DNA of 64,000 nucleotides, taken from Myxococcota bacterium. GTDB lineage: Bacteria > Myxococcota_A > SURF-8. Below are positions 29,503 through 39,957 of this stretch, one piece after another. The notes under the pieces are model-generated. The model saw only the letters and a list, made by a program, of their open reading frames with translations, had not been told where the DNA came from and searched no databases. Position 1 is the first letter of the stretch. Each line of letters starts with the position of its first letter. The stretch is from positions 1,344,001 to 1,408,000 of the forward strand of contig CAXXQS010000001.1 of the NCBI GenBank assembly GCA_963674735.2, in the 5' to 3' direction. A program made the translations under genes and the position numbers.

Positions 29503-30118
29503 TTAATCTTTGGGATTCAGGGCGGTTACAATGTATTCCTCGGTTGAATCGACCTGCGTTAAAACCGTTAGATTTGCAGCTGTTACAAGTTTTGATAACT
29601 CTTCGGCCGGGATTAAAACATGCGTTTTGACGGCCTCGCCTGCCCGCATTGGCATGAATATGGTTGATGGTCTCGCGAGAGTCGATATGCCAGATGTGAA
29701 GGAAGCCTCCCGGCTTCAGCACCCGCTTAATTTCTAACAGCGCCTTTTCCGGCTCCTCCACGTGCGGCCACATCGAGAAACACAAAACCCGGTCGAGAGA
29801 CCGATCCTCGACCGGCAGGCAACAGACATCCGCCACATGAAAAACGGACCGCGGATCGGGATTTTTGGCTTTAGCTAGTTCGATCATCTGCGGAGACACG
29901 TCAACGGCCATGACACGTCCCGATTCATCCAACCGTTCTAAAAGTTTACGGGTCAGATTGCCGGTCCCACAACCGACATCCAGAACGCATTCCCCCGCTG
30001 TGATGCCAAAACGCGACAAGCCAGCGGAAATACGGCGGTTGATGCTGTCCATGTCCATCCAACCATCCCATTTGTCGGCGATGGAATCGAAGTAGTCGCT
30101 TACAGAAGGGTGTGTCAT
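29503..30118 (-). CDS. Class I SAM-dependent methyltransferase with a +1 frameshift near 29644
   Basis: VLDVGCGTG, RVLKPGG. Removing one G gives ...HANAAGEAVKTHVLIPAEE...ALNPKD* with the stop at 29503. Confidence 0.85.
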
Positions 30119-30131
30119 GTTTTTACCCCTT

Positions 30132-30659
30132 TTACGCTTGATAATTTCGTGATTTCGCCAAACGAGCCAACGGAGGAATCACGATCATCATGAGGATCAG
30201 CCCCGGCCAGCCACTAATGAACGATGCACCCGCCACGAAAGCGGCGGGAAGCTCAATGACAAGCGAGACCCCATAGATCATGGCAACATATAATATTCTG
30301 CCGATAAACAAAACAGGAATCAACACCAGCCATTCGTTCAGCTTCGGACGTTTCTTGCAGGCCAAGGCAAGCAGAGCGGCCATGATCGAAAGTTCAATCG
30401 CCATCAGAACGGCAACCGGCGGGTAAAAGGGCGGCATACCGGTCACAACACCCGAAAGCAACGGAACGACCAAGGCTGTCAAAGCGGCGGGAGCGGGCGA
30501 TACGAAAAAGCCCAGGGCCAGCAAAGGCAGATACATCGGCATGAAGATGTGACCCAGGTGCAGAGCATGAAATAAAACCGGCAACAACAAGCCCGCCGCG
30601 CCGAATAGTCCGCACATTGCCAACTCGCGTGAGGTAAACAATCGCTTGCCGCTAGCCAT
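30132..30659 (-). CDS. ECF transporter S component
   Basis: About six TM helices; LPVLFH..HLGHIFMPMYLP, PLLS..TGMPP, WPGLIL. Confidence 0.82.
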   Translation of the reverse strand: MASGKRLFTSRELAMCGLFGAAGLLLPVLFHALHLGHIFMPMYLPLLALGFFVSPAPAALTALVVPLLSGVVTGMPPFYPPVAVLMAIELSIMAALLALACKKRPKLNEWLVLIPVLFIGRILYVAMIYGVSLVIELPAAFVAGASFISGWPGLILMMIVIPPLARLAKSRNYQA

Positions 30660-30660
30660 A

Positions 30661-32598
30661 TCAGATCCTTACCTTCAATCCTGCCATGGTGTTGAGCCCC
30701 GGCATGGGATAACTTTTAATGTACTCGTAGGGTTGATTGAGAATATTTCGTATCAACACATACGGTTCGACTGCGAAGCCCCGCTCATTCGGCTCATAGC
30801 GATAGCGGACGGTCAGATCGATGAAGAAGACATTGTCGATAGCGTCGCGTTTGTAGTTTTCCATATACAAGCCGTGCACCCATTCACCGCTGATGCACCC
30901 GGCAATCCAATGCTCGCCGAAGTCATGGTTTGCCTCGATGCTAAAGTTGACCTTCGCATCGGGGTTTTGCTTGGTATAGCGGCCGATATCTTGCCAATTA
31001 CCAGTTACGGAAAGGCTTACAGGGCCGAGCTTTTTCAACCCCAGACGGCCTTCCACACCCCAGATGACCACTTCATCGATATTCACCACTTCCGATGACG
31101 GCCAGGAACCGAAATACTTTATCATGTTATCGGCCTGGGTTCGATATCCGCTGGTCGAAAATTCGACATGTTCGAAGTCCAGCCCAAAGCCGACGTCCCA
31201 GTTGAGAGAGTATTCAGGCTTCAAATCCGGGTTGGCCGAAGGGAAGGGCAGGTAAAGCTCGCGCAGAGTGGGTTGTCGGAAATTTCGCGTAATCCGTGAA
31301 CGAAGATGCAAGCCTTTGTAAAACTCCCAGCGAGCGCCCCCTTTGTAAAGGAAAACAAAACCGTATTTGGTGCTCAGCAATTCCCGCGAGCCGAGAACAA
31401 GGCTCAAGCCTTTGATCGGCTTCCAAGTGAGCTGATTGAAAAAGGCGTAATTGGCGACACCCTTCACATCTTCATCTTCCTGCTCAATACGATCCGTGAC
31501 TTCGCCTTCAACCCATTCCCCCGATATTCCGAGAAGCAGATCCAATGTTTTGTGAAGATGGATGTCGAATTCCGCATTAACTCCGGTAACATAGTCTTCG
31601 GAATAAAACCCGTCGTACAAACGATGGACACCGACATTCAAGAACGGCAGCAAACGAAAATCGAACCATTTATGCTCATAATCGAGTCTTAATGACACGC
31701 TATCCCGCCAGACGTTATACCAGTGCCCCGAATTCGGGTGAGTCGCCGGGCCCGGATCTTCTCCTTCAAGATGAACGACTTTATTTCGTAGAGTCAGGGA
31801 GACTTCAGGTAGCAGTCGCCAGCGCAGACCGTTCGAGGCAACCAGGTTCATCCCTCCCGAGCTATCCCGATGACCGTCGGTTCGAAAGTAATGGAAGGCA
31901 CTGGCGAGGTCCCAATCGCCCCAGCGGCCCAGGAAGGCGACAGTTTCGCGTATCGATTGAAAGCTGCCGTAAGCGGCGTCGTTTTCAAGCTCGAATCCGG
32001 CTTCTCGTCGCCAACGATTCTCGATTAAAATAACTCCACCCAAAGCGTTGGTGCCGTACAGCGTCGAGTCGCCCCCTTTGACAACTCGAACTTCTTCGAT
32101 GAGAAACGGAACATAGGCATCCGGGATCGGGTGGCCGAAGATTCCCTGATAATCCGGAACGCCATCCTCGACAACTAAAACCTGTGCGTTCGGACTCCCG
32201 CCTAACCCCCGGACGTGAATGGCTCCTGACGCGCCGTTAGACACGCCATGTACGCCATTTCCACGGCCTGACACGTAGATATCCGCCGATTCCTGGCTCA
32301 ATGCCTCAACGGCACTGCCGCGAGCGGAATTTCGCAGTTTCTCTCCAGAGACATGCGTAGCATCGGATGTGGCGTCTTTGCCGAGCGGTTTCGCGCCTTC
32401 GACGGTCACTTCAGGCAGGGAAAAGCTATCCGCGGAATCCGTCGCGGATCCCACTGAAGGCGTATCCGCGAAGTCCTCTGAAGCTTCTTCCGTTTCCGCC
32501 GAAACTGATTCGGCAGGTGCGTCCGGTTCGTCCAGAGCGGCGATTCCCGTTGGATCGGAGACTTGTGTTAACAGCAACAGAAGAAGTTGAACCAGCAT
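30661..32598 (-). CDS. TonB-dependent outer-membrane receptor
   Basis: EVTVEG TonB box, plug (IHVRG..DGVP..EEVRVVKGGDSTLYG.NALGGVI), NPDLKPE, terminal PGLNTMAGLKVRI. Confidence 0.93.
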   Translation of the reverse strand: MLVQLLLLLLTQVSDPTGIAALDEPDAPAESVSAETEEASEDFADTPSVGSATDSADSFSLPEVTVEGAKPLGKDATSDATHVSGEKLRNSARGSAVEALSQESADIYVSGRGNGVHGVSNGASGAIHVRGLGGSPNAQVLVVEDGVPDYQGIFGHPIPDAYVPFLIEEVRVVKGGDSTLYGTNALGGVILIENRWRREAGFELENDAAYGSFQSIRETVAFLGRWGDWDLASAFHYFRTDGHRDSSGGMNLVASNGLRWRLLPEVSLTLRNKVVHLEGEDPGPATHPNSGHWYNVWRDSVSLRLDYEHKWFDFRLLPFLNVGVHRLYDGFYSEDYVTGVNAEFDIHLHKTLDLLLGISGEWVEGEVTDRIEQEDEDVKGVANYAFFNQLTWKPIKGLSLVLGSRELLSTKYGFVFLYKGGARWEFYKGLHLRSRITRNFRQPTLRELYLPFPSANPDLKPEYSLNWDVGFGLDFEHVEFSTSGYRTQADNMIKYFGSWPSSEVVNIDEVVIWGVEGRLGLKKLGPVSLSVTGNWQDIGRYTKQNPDAKVNFSIEANHDFGEHWIAGCISGEWVHGLYMENYKRDAIDNVFFIDLTVRYRYEPNERGFAVEPYVLIRNILNQPYEYIKSYPMPGLNTMAGLKVRI

Positions 32599-32607
32599 GA
32601 ATTTTCA

Positions 32608-33102
32608 CTAGTGTCCATAGGGGCCGGGAACGGAGAAGTCCTGCTCCAAATCATCGGCGGTTAGGTCGAAGAGATGAAAACTGCCGTGGCCGACGTCGTA
32701 AGTCGTTTTGGTTTGATAGTTGAACCACATCGGTTCTTCGTTGATCAGACCGGTATCCATGGGGTCGGCATCCGGTTCGTCTTCCTCATCACAAAAACAC
32801 AACCCGTCGATCACACCGTCGTCAACCTGTTCTTCACAGTATTTTTTAGGGTCGAATTTCTGGAAATGAATGCGATCCGATCCGGGCAGGCAGCGCCCTG
32901 GACGGGTCGAATCCTCAAAGGCGAGCATCTCATCCCATATGCAACCATTGAAACTGATATTGCGAATCAGGATGTGGTCGTCAATAGTGTTCTGCACCAC
33001 GATTTCCGGATAAATCTCTTCGCAGCCTTGTACGAGCGGAAACATGCCGAGCAAGAGGATGATCGCGATCAATCCCTTGAGATATGCGAATGAGGCAGTC
33101 AT
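32608..33102 (-). CDS. Hypothetical lipoprotein (operon with the TonB receptor)
   Basis: Lipobox VQGC; AGGAG RBS; Cys pairs; ends PGPYGH. Confidence 0.8.
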   Translation of the reverse strand: MTASFAYLKGLIAIILLLGMFPLVQGCEEIYPEIVVQNTIDDHILIRNISFNGCIWDEMLAFEDSTRPGRCLPGSDRIHFQKFDPKKYCEEQVDDGVIDGLCFCDEEDEPDADPMDTGLINEEPMWFNYQTKTTYDVGHGSFHLFDLTADDLEQDFSVPGPYGH

Positions 33103-33162
33103 CGCTCTCCTATAAAGCCAAAAAATCCGGAATTGGATCCAGGCCGTAGCGAGCGTTTAGTC

Positions 33163-33184
33163 AAAAAGGGGACTTGCGTCCCCC
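33163..33184 (-). terminator. Intra-operon hairpin plus U-tract
   Basis: Minus strand GGGGAC-GCAA-GTCCCC-TTTTT just after the first lipoprotein stop. Confidence 0.6.
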
Positions 33185-33192
33185 AATCGTGA

Positions 33193-33696
33193 TTATTCAG
33201 CACATTGCGTATTCTCGGTTCGTCGGTCATAGGGCAGGAATTCATATTCGGGATACATTTCCAGAATACGATTGTAAAGCTCCTCCGGGATCGGTTGCAC
33301 GCCTTCGGGAGGGCAAGGGCCTTGGTGGTTCGGCATGTTGATCGAAATCGTTCGTTCCTGATCGACGACAACCTCTTCCTCGTTTCGGCTCGCGACCGGC
33401 AAGCAATTCTCGGGATTGCAATCGGGATCATCCCAGGCCAGCACCATCAGAACGTTGTCGACGCCCGGAGGAACTTCAAGTTCAACACTTTTCTCACCTA
33501 TTTGGATTTCACCAAATTGAACCCCCATGTAACTGGACTGGCAGACCGTCCACGGGGGATTGAATTCCATTTCGGGGTTGTCGAAGTCATTATGCAGGAT
33601 AACGTAGGCGAGATCCTCCGAGTCACCGCCGCAACCGGCAGCTGCAAACGAAACCAAGACAAGCACGAGTAAGGTAGCGGTCATAAAACGGGACAT
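33193..33696 (-). CDS. Hypothetical lipoprotein, first gene of the uptake operon
   Basis: GGAGGT RBS, lipobox AAGC, Cys and His motifs (NHQGPCPP). Confidence 0.82.
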   Translation of the reverse strand: MSRFMTATLLVLVLVSFAAAGCGGDSEDLAYVILHNDFDNPEMEFNPPWTVCQSSYMGVQFGEIQIGEKSVELEVPPGVDNVLMVLAWDDPDCNPENCLPVASRNEEEVVVDQERTISINMPNHQGPCPPEGVQPIPEELYNRILEMYPEYEFLPYDRRTENTQCAE

Positions 33697-33743
33697 GTTT
33701 ACCTCCAAGTGAAGCGACGAATTAAGATGCAAAGAAAGTGCGG

Positions 33744-33790
33744 ATAGCACGAATGACGCAATCGTATGCCTCACATGCCGTGATTGTCAA
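33744..33790 (-). promoter_or_regulatory. Sigma70 promoter with an overlapping NikR-like operator
   Basis: Minus strand TTGACA-18 bp-TACGAT; GGCATAC-13 bp-GTGCTAT overlaps the -10. Confidence 0.5.
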
Positions 33791-34027
33791 GAATATTTAT
33801 TGAAAAGCGCCTGTGAATGCGTCGGTATTTAGGGTGGTTGGATTTTACATTTGGATAAAATTCAGAAGCAATGGAGCGATAAGAAATGTGAATAACATGT
33901 GGATACTACTGTGAATAAAATGTTTTTAACTCTGATAACTGTATGGATATATATACAAATTCAGAATGCTGATAAGTACTTCAGGTTAAGGCTGACGGGT
34001 GGAGGACTGGGGTAGGGGGCAATCGAG

Positions 34028-34801
34028 TCAATCAGTCTCGTTCTCAATTCGAACAATCAGGGCCGTAATATTATCGTCACCACCTCGCGAATTTGCGAGG
34101 TTGACAAAGAACTCTAAAGCAATATCGGGATCCTTTTTGGATAGGATTTCCTGGATTTCATCCGAACTTAGCATATTGGACAGACCATCAGAGCAAATTA
34201 AAAATAAATCGTCGGGTGCGCAGCTTAGTTTTCCCGTATCGGGCAAGGTACTTCGTTCGAAACCAACGGAGCGCGTGATGATGTTCTTGTATTTACTGTT
34301 ATTTGCTTCATCTTGCGTGATAAGACCCGCATCCACCTGTTCTTGAACCAGGGAGTGATCAACCGATATCTGCTCGAAATCATTTCCGCGAAGGCGATAA
34401 ATCCGGCTGTCACCAACGTGCATGAAATAGGCGTGCTGATCGATCAACAGCAAACCGGAAAGCGTCGTTCCCATGCCCGACAATGAGTGATCGAGCTTGA
34501 TTTCGTCGAGGATAGCCCCGGAGGCCGCTTGAACAGAGGCCGACAATATCTCCAGAATCGGATCATCGCTGATAAACATCATCTGTGTGCCGCTTTCTTG
34601 GGGCGAGATCTGCGGCAGCCGTTTGATCAGTTCACGTTCGATCGTTTCCACGGAAATCTGGCTGGCCCGTTCACCAGCATTGTGTCCGCCCATCCCATCC
34701 GCGACCAGAAAAAGATGCAAATCGGAATTGACCAGAAAGGAATCTTCGTTGTGATCGCGTTTCTTGCCAACATCCGTTATTTGCCAGGATTTGATCAGCA
34801 T
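34028..34801 (-). CDS. PP2C/Stp1 family Ser/Thr phosphatase
   Basis: RDHNED, VADGMGGH, MGTT, HVGDSR, CSDGL, GGDDNIT. Confidence 0.95.
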   Translation of the reverse strand: MLIKSWQITDVGKKRDHNEDSFLVNSDLHLFLVADGMGGHNAGERASQISVETIERELIKRLPQISPQESGTQMMFISDDPILEILSASVQAASGAILDEIKLDHSLSGMGTTLSGLLLIDQHAYFMHVGDSRIYRLRGNDFEQISVDHSLVQEQVDAGLITQDEANNSKYKNIITRSVGFERSTLPDTGKLSCAPDDLFLICSDGLSNMLSSDEIQEILSKKDPDIALEFFVNLANSRGGDDNITALIVRIENETD

Positions 34802-34909
34802 GGGAAAAGACCTCATAGCAACAGGGTTCACGACTGCGATTAAACAGACATAAATAATACGAGTAATATCGCTTGAACTTACCGCTTTTATAATCTTATC
34901 AAGCGGAAC

Positions 34910-36664
34910 CTAGCTCTGCAAATGCTTTTTTGCAACCGAAGGTCGGCAACGATCTGCTTGAACGGCTGAACGTGCATGACGTAGAAGATCGTGAGCAGCT
35001 TGAAGAGAAGCGGAGCCGGTTGCCTCTCCAGCCATCATATGGGCTAATTCCATGGCGCGTTGGTTGTCGTCGGACAGCGGGGACACTTCCGAAAAAGTCC
35101 GGTTGTCGGTGACGGTCTTTGTGACATGCCAATGCGTATCCGCGTAGGCAGCGATTTGCGGAAGATGAGTAATGCAGATTGCCTGGCGCGTCCGCGACAG
35201 GGCGTGAATCTTTTCTCCCAGGCGATGCGCGACTTCTCCGCCAATCCCCGAATCGACTTCATCGAACACGGACAATGAAACGGGGTCGGAGTTTTGAAGG
35301 ACGCTTTTAATGGCCAGCATGATGCGCGACAGTTCGCCCCCCGAAGCAATCCGCGCCAAAGGCCGCAATGATTCTCCGACGTTGGGTGACAGCAAAAACT
35401 CGACATGGTCGATACCATCGGGTCCGATGCAGACTCCGGCTCCGTCGATCGTTTCTTCGGAACCAGCGGATTTTGGGGAAAGCCGGACGACAAAACGGGT
35501 TTTCGGCATGGCCAGATTTCGAAGCTCGTCTTCAACCGCTTCCGAAAAATGCGAGGCAGCCATTCGGCGCTTTTCGGAGAGAACAGAAGCGCGGCCAAGA
35601 ACGGCTTTCCGAGCATGCTCGATTGCGGTGCGCGTACCATCTAGAGCGGCCTCAAGATCTTCCATCGCGGCCAGTTCCGTTTGCATCTCCGCTTGTTTGG
35701 CCTTCAGATCGGCGAAAGTCGGTCCGTGTTTACGCAACAACCGAGCAAGTAGAGCAAGGCGCGTTTCGACTTCATCGAGACGTTTGGGATCGATATCGAG
35801 CTTGCGCAAACGCTCGCTTATGCCAAGCGATAAATCGTCCAACTCCAGTTGGACCGTTTGCAGGCGAGATATCCATTCCCGAGCATCCTTGAGATAAGCC
35901 TGAATGCGCTCCAATTCTCTTTTCGTTTTCGCTGTTCGTGAAGCCGCACCGCTATCTCCGCCTATTTGTTCGGCCGCGGCGGTCAAGGCCCCGCGAATCT
36001 TTTCGGAATGCCTTAAAAGATCGCGTTCGGCTTCGAGTTCGTCTTCCTCGTTTTCTCTGAAATCGGCCCTATCCAGCTCTTTGAGTTGAAAACGCAGAAA
36101 ATCTTCACGTTCAAGCTTGTAACGAGCCGTGTTTTCGAGTTTACGGTGCGCCTTAACGCATTTTGCCAATTCGCGGTAGAGCAGGGTGACTTCTTCGCGT
36201 AGGCCTTCCAATCCCCCCACACGATCAAGCAGGAAAAGATGCTGGTCGACCTGCAACAGACTTTGATGCTGATGCTGGCTTGAAATGTCTATCAGTTGCT
36301 CGCCAATTTCGGAAAGGCTGCCGGCTGTGACCGGATGGTCATTGATCCAGGCGCGGCTGCGACCCCGCTGCATCACCTGGCGGCGCACAGTGAGACACGC
36401 CTCGGCTTCGATACCCAGTTCGCTGAGTTGAGCATAAACGGGACTTTGAGGGGGGATTACGAATTCTGCCATGATTTCGGCATAGTCGCATCCCGTCCGA
36501 ACAAGATCGGCAGATGCGCGGCCTCCCATAATGAGGTTAAGCGCACCAACTAAAATCGATTTGCCCGCACCCGTCTCGCCGGTCAGAATTGTCAACCCAT
36601 CGATAAAAGAGAGATCAAGTTCATCGATGATGGCGAAATGCCGGATCGTCAAACGCTGCAGCAT
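34910..36664 (-). CDS. recN: DNA repair protein RecN
   Basis: TGETGAGKS, IASGGELSR, FDEVDSGIGG, ITHLPQIAA. Confidence 0.97.
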   Translation of the reverse strand: MLQRLTIRHFAIIDELDLSFIDGLTILTGETGAGKSILVGALNLIMGGRASADLVRTGCDYAEIMAEFVIPPQSPVYAQLSELGIEAEACLTVRRQVMQRGRSRAWINDHPVTAGSLSEIGEQLIDISSQHQHQSLLQVDQHLFLLDRVGGLEGLREEVTLLYRELAKCVKAHRKLENTARYKLEREDFLRFQLKELDRADFRENEEDELEAERDLLRHSEKIRGALTAAAEQIGGDSGAASRTAKTKRELERIQAYLKDAREWISRLQTVQLELDDLSLGISERLRKLDIDPKRLDEVETRLALLARLLRKHGPTFADLKAKQAEMQTELAAMEDLEAALDGTRTAIEHARKAVLGRASVLSEKRRMAASHFSEAVEDELRNLAMPKTRFVVRLSPKSAGSEETIDGAGVCIGPDGIDHVEFLLSPNVGESLRPLARIASGGELSRIMLAIKSVLQNSDPVSLSVFDEVDSGIGGEVAHRLGEKIHALSRTRQAICITHLPQIAAYADTHWHVTKTVTDNRTFSEVSPLSDDNQRAMELAHMMAGEATGSASLQAAHDLLRHARSAVQADRCRPSVAKKHLQS

Positions 36665-37519
36665 TCAGCACTGCCCCCAACCCAATTTGTGGCGCAGAAT
36701 ATTGAAATAGTCGCTCAGGTGAGAGCGAATAAGCTTAACCGTTAGAAGAGCACGGCGCACAGCCACCCGGTCCCCTTCCAGCATCTGCACACCTTCCTGA
36801 CCGTCGAGGGTAAGATAAACCTCGCCATTGGCTTCGGCCAACTCGATAAAGATTTCAATATCATCGGGTAATACAACCGGCCGGTTGGCAAAAGTATGCG
36901 GGCAAATGGGAGTAATGACGAAGGCGTCGAGAGTCGGATATACGACCGGTCCCCCGGCAGACATGTTGTAGGCAGTTGACCCGGTCGGGGTTGAAACAAT
37001 CAACCCATCGGCGCGATAACTGGTCATTAGACCTTGTGTCGTCGAAGCCTCAAGCCGAATGATGCGTGCCAGAGCGCCTTTGTTGATAACCATGTCGTTC
37101 AATACCGTGCGTGAGAAGATCTCTTCTCCACTTCGTAACAACGAAACACGCAACATGCGTCTTTCCGTGGTTTCAAAATCGCCGCTTAGCATGCGATCGA
37201 GTGCGGTCTCGATTTCGTTTGTCGGAATTTCCGTTAAAAAACCGAGTTGCCCGAGATTGATACCCAGTACCGGAACATCCCGGCCATCCAGCAAATGAGC
37301 AGCATGAATCAAGGTGCCATCGCCGCCGAGAACGACCAGTGCATCCGCGTTATTGACGATCTCGCCTTCCGGCATCAACTTGACACGGCGATGATTCCAA
37401 CTGAGGTCGTTGCTGATTTGCAAAGAGCAATCGGCTTCCAGTAGAAACTCAACAACTTGCGCTAACACTTGACGTGTTTCCGGCTTACTTTTCTTATAGA
37501 CGACCGCAATGTTTTTCAT
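36665..37519 (-). CDS. nadK: NAD kinase
   Basis: LGGDGT, GQLGFL, STPTGSTAY, PICPH; adjacent to recN. Confidence 0.96.
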   Translation of the reverse strand: MKNIAVVYKKSKPETRQVLAQVVEFLLEADCSLQISNDLSWNHRRVKLMPEGEIVNNADALVVLGGDGTLIHAAHLLDGRDVPVLGINLGQLGFLTEIPTNEIETALDRMLSGDFETTERRMLRVSLLRSGEEIFSRTVLNDMVINKGALARIIRLEASTTQGLMTSYRADGLIVSTPTGSTAYNMSAGGPVVYPTLDAFVITPICPHTFANRPVVLPDDIEIFIELAEANGEVYLTLDGQEGVQMLEGDRVAVRRALLTVKLIRSHLSDYFNILRHKLGWGQC

Positions 37520-37762
37520 GGTCGAATCCCGTCCGGTAAATGTTGCAAGAAGCACATGAACAGGTACACCAAACTATGTTGACACGGAAAGAATGCGGAC
37601 GCAAGTATCCGGGAAATAAAAGATCGGCGGCATCGAGAATTCGGTTCCAACAGACACAGCCTGCCAATGATTTACACGTGTCGAAATCAAAATCCTGTAG
37701 ATCGAGATGCCGTGATCAAAGACAAACTCACACAGGAAAACACCGGATGTAGATTGTTGAAG

Positions 37763-38311
37763 CTACTTGTCCTTCAAAACCTCAAGCGCCCCCTCTCGGT
37801 CTCCCGACTCAGCAAGAGCAGAAGCGGTCATGCCGTCTCCGATGCGTTTAAGCCTGGCAAGAATCGCGAGTGGAGTACTGTTGCTGCGATCCGCCATAAC
37901 CGCCTCGACTTTTTCGCTGCTGCTGGCGTCCAAAGCTTTGAGACGCTTTGAAAAGGCCGTGTTGATGGAATCGATTAACTCGTCGAAATCGCAGGGTTTC
38001 TGAAGAAGCTCATAGGCACCTTGACGCCCGAGACGGAAGGCCGAGTCGATCCCGCCATGTCCCGACAAAATAATGATTTCCATGGTCGGATCAAGTTGTT
38101 TCAACTCTTTTAGTAATTCTTCGCCATCCATATTCGGCATCTTCAAATCGAGCAGGCCGACTTCGTAGCTTTCGGTTTTTGCCGCTTCCAAAGCCTTGAC
38201 CGGATCGGTAAACGCCGCAACCGAGATGTTGTGGCGTTCCAGGTGTTTGGTCATGTAAGTGACAAACTCTGCCTCATCATCGACAAATAAAAGTTTGATT
38301 AAAGTTGACAT
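37763..38311 (-). CDS. Response regulator receiver with a helical C-terminal extension
   Basis: VDDE, LLDLKMP, LSGHG, QKP; tail MTASALAESGD. Confidence 0.9.
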   Translation of the reverse strand: MSTLIKLLFVDDEAEFVTYMTKHLERHNISVAAFTDPVKALEAAKTESYEVGLLDLKMPNMDGEELLKELKQLDPTMEIIILSGHGGIDSAFRLGRQGAYELLQKPCDFDELIDSINTAFSKRLKALDASSSEKVEAVMADRSNSTPLAILARLKRIGDGMTASALAESGDREGALEVLKDK

Positions 38312-38511
38312 GTTATACGCCTCCTTACATTTTTTGAAAGGTTGGTTAGTTTTTCTATTCCAACTAAAAATATACAAATTCAGACTGGTTGTCAATACAA
38401 ACTCGCGACATAGGATTTCAATGTGAAACAAGATGAAACACTGGACAAAAGCTGTCGGTCTGTAATATACTAATTGCTGAAATTTCTGAACCTAAACGAA
38501 GTCAAAACCCG

Positions 38512-39957
38512 ATGAACGGCAAAAATCCCGATAAAACACCCAAGTCGCCTGCTTTCCCGCGGGAAGAGGGCCCTCTGAGCTCCATACTTGACCTGCATGC
38601 CGTCTTGGAAGGCATGCCGATCGCGGCTGTCATTCTTGATAAACAGCTACGGGTTCACATGGCGAACCGGGCCTTTGAGGCGTTGACAGGATATGCCGAA
38701 GAACGGATCTGCGGGTTGTTGGGTTATTATGTATTTCGGAGTAGCTTTCATCGCTACGACTGGCCGGTCGCTTCGGCTCTTTCGGACGGATCTTCCTGCA
38801 AAGATGAAGGCGATATCATCAATTTGTCGCGTCAGCGTGTCCCTGTGCGCCTTCATGCACACCCCCTTCCAAATTCCGAAGGTGAAACAGTGGCCGTGCT
38901 TGCGGTTCTGGAGGACCTTTCGCGAGACGAGAGTTTGCCCGCTCAGGATTCCATCGAAATGTCGGGGTCCGAGATTATCGGTCATTCGCCCAGCATGTTG
39001 AAGGTGCTCAAGAGCCTTCCGATTCTAGCCCAAACCGACTCGACAGTCCTCGTTACCGGCGAAACCGGTACCGGGAAAGACCTGATAGCTGCCGTTATCC
39101 ACAAGTTGTCAACAAGGAACGCCGGCGCTTATGTCAAAGTCAACTGCGGGGCATTACCCGAAAACCTGATGGAATCCGAGTTGTTCGGCCACAAACGCGG
39201 CGCTTTTACAGGGGCCGACCGCGATAAGCCCGGGCGTTTCCAGCTAGCCGACGGAGGCACACTGTATTTGACGGAAATCGGCGACTTACCACTGGCCTTG
39301 CAGGTAAAACTCCTAACGGTTCTGGACGACCGTGAAGTTTCGCCTTTAGGAGGGACGCGAAATATCTCCACTGATGTTCGCCTCATCACCGCCACGCATC
39401 GAGATTTGGAGTTCATGACGAACAAAGGCTTGTTCCGTCGCGATCTACTCTACCGACTTAAAGTCATTCGAATCGACCTACCTCCTCTGCGAGAGCGCGG
39501 AGATGATGTTCTCCTACTTGCATCGCACTTTCTAATTCGCTTTAAAAACAAACTGGGCAAAGATATCAAAGGCTTTTCTGACAAAGCTGAATTTCATTTA
39601 CGCAACTATCAGTACCCGGGCAATGTGCGCGAGCTGATGAATATCATCGAATATGCAGTGAGCATCTGCGATGGTTCGCGCATCGAGATCGGAGATCTCC
39701 CCGACTATCTGAAGGAAGAGCGCCAGACGGTCGATATTTCCGAAGAAATTCCCGAGCGCGACAAGACGCTGGCGACGGATGCGCTCCCGCCGATTCCGCA
39801 CGGTAACAATGAGAATCTTGATTGGCAACAAATCGAACGCCGTATGATTGCCGAAGCATTGATTGCAACCCGGGGGAATCGCGCCAAGGCGGCCGCAAAA
39901 TTGGGTTGGGCACGCGCCACTTTGTGGCGAAAAATGAAGAAACACGGACTGCAATGA
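38512..39957 (+). CDS. PAS-domain sigma54 enhancer-binding protein
   Basis: PAS (NRAFEALTGY), GETGTGKD, GAFTGA, HTH; Walker B reads LYLTE. Confidence 0.93.
   Translation: MNGKNPDKTPKSPAFPREEGPLSSILDLHAVLEGMPIAAVILDKQLRVHMANRAFEALTGYAEERICGLLGYYVFRSSFHRYDWPVASALSDGSSCKDEGDIINLSRQRVPVRLHAHPLPNSEGETVAVLAVLEDLSRDESLPAQDSIEMSGSEIIGHSPSMLKVLKSLPILAQTDSTVLVTGETGTGKDLIAAVIHKLSTRNAGAYVKVNCGALPENLMESELFGHKRGAFTGADRDKPGRFQLADGGTLYLTEIGDLPLALQVKLLTVLDDREVSPLGGTRNISTDVRLITATHRDLEFMTNKGLFRRDLLYRLKVIRIDLPPLRERGDDVLLLASHFLIRFKNKLGKDIKGFSDKAEFHLRNYQYPGNVRELMNIIEYAVSICDGSRIEIGDLPDYLKEERQTVDISEEIPERDKTLATDALPPIPHGNNENLDWQQIERRMIAEALIATRGNRAKAAAKLGWARATLWRKMKKHGLQ

Noticed and set aside
28727-30118. Apparent 463-aa methyltransferase-EcfT fusion in the ORF track
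   Set aside because: One extra G near 29644 creates it; correcting it gives a natural stop at 29503 and a separate ATG at 29500.
33700-34020. Cobalamin riboswitch upstream of the TonB/ECF operon
   Set aside because: No B12-box or conserved GGGAA/GCCACTG elements recognised, and the predicted promoter leaves only a ~60-nt leader.
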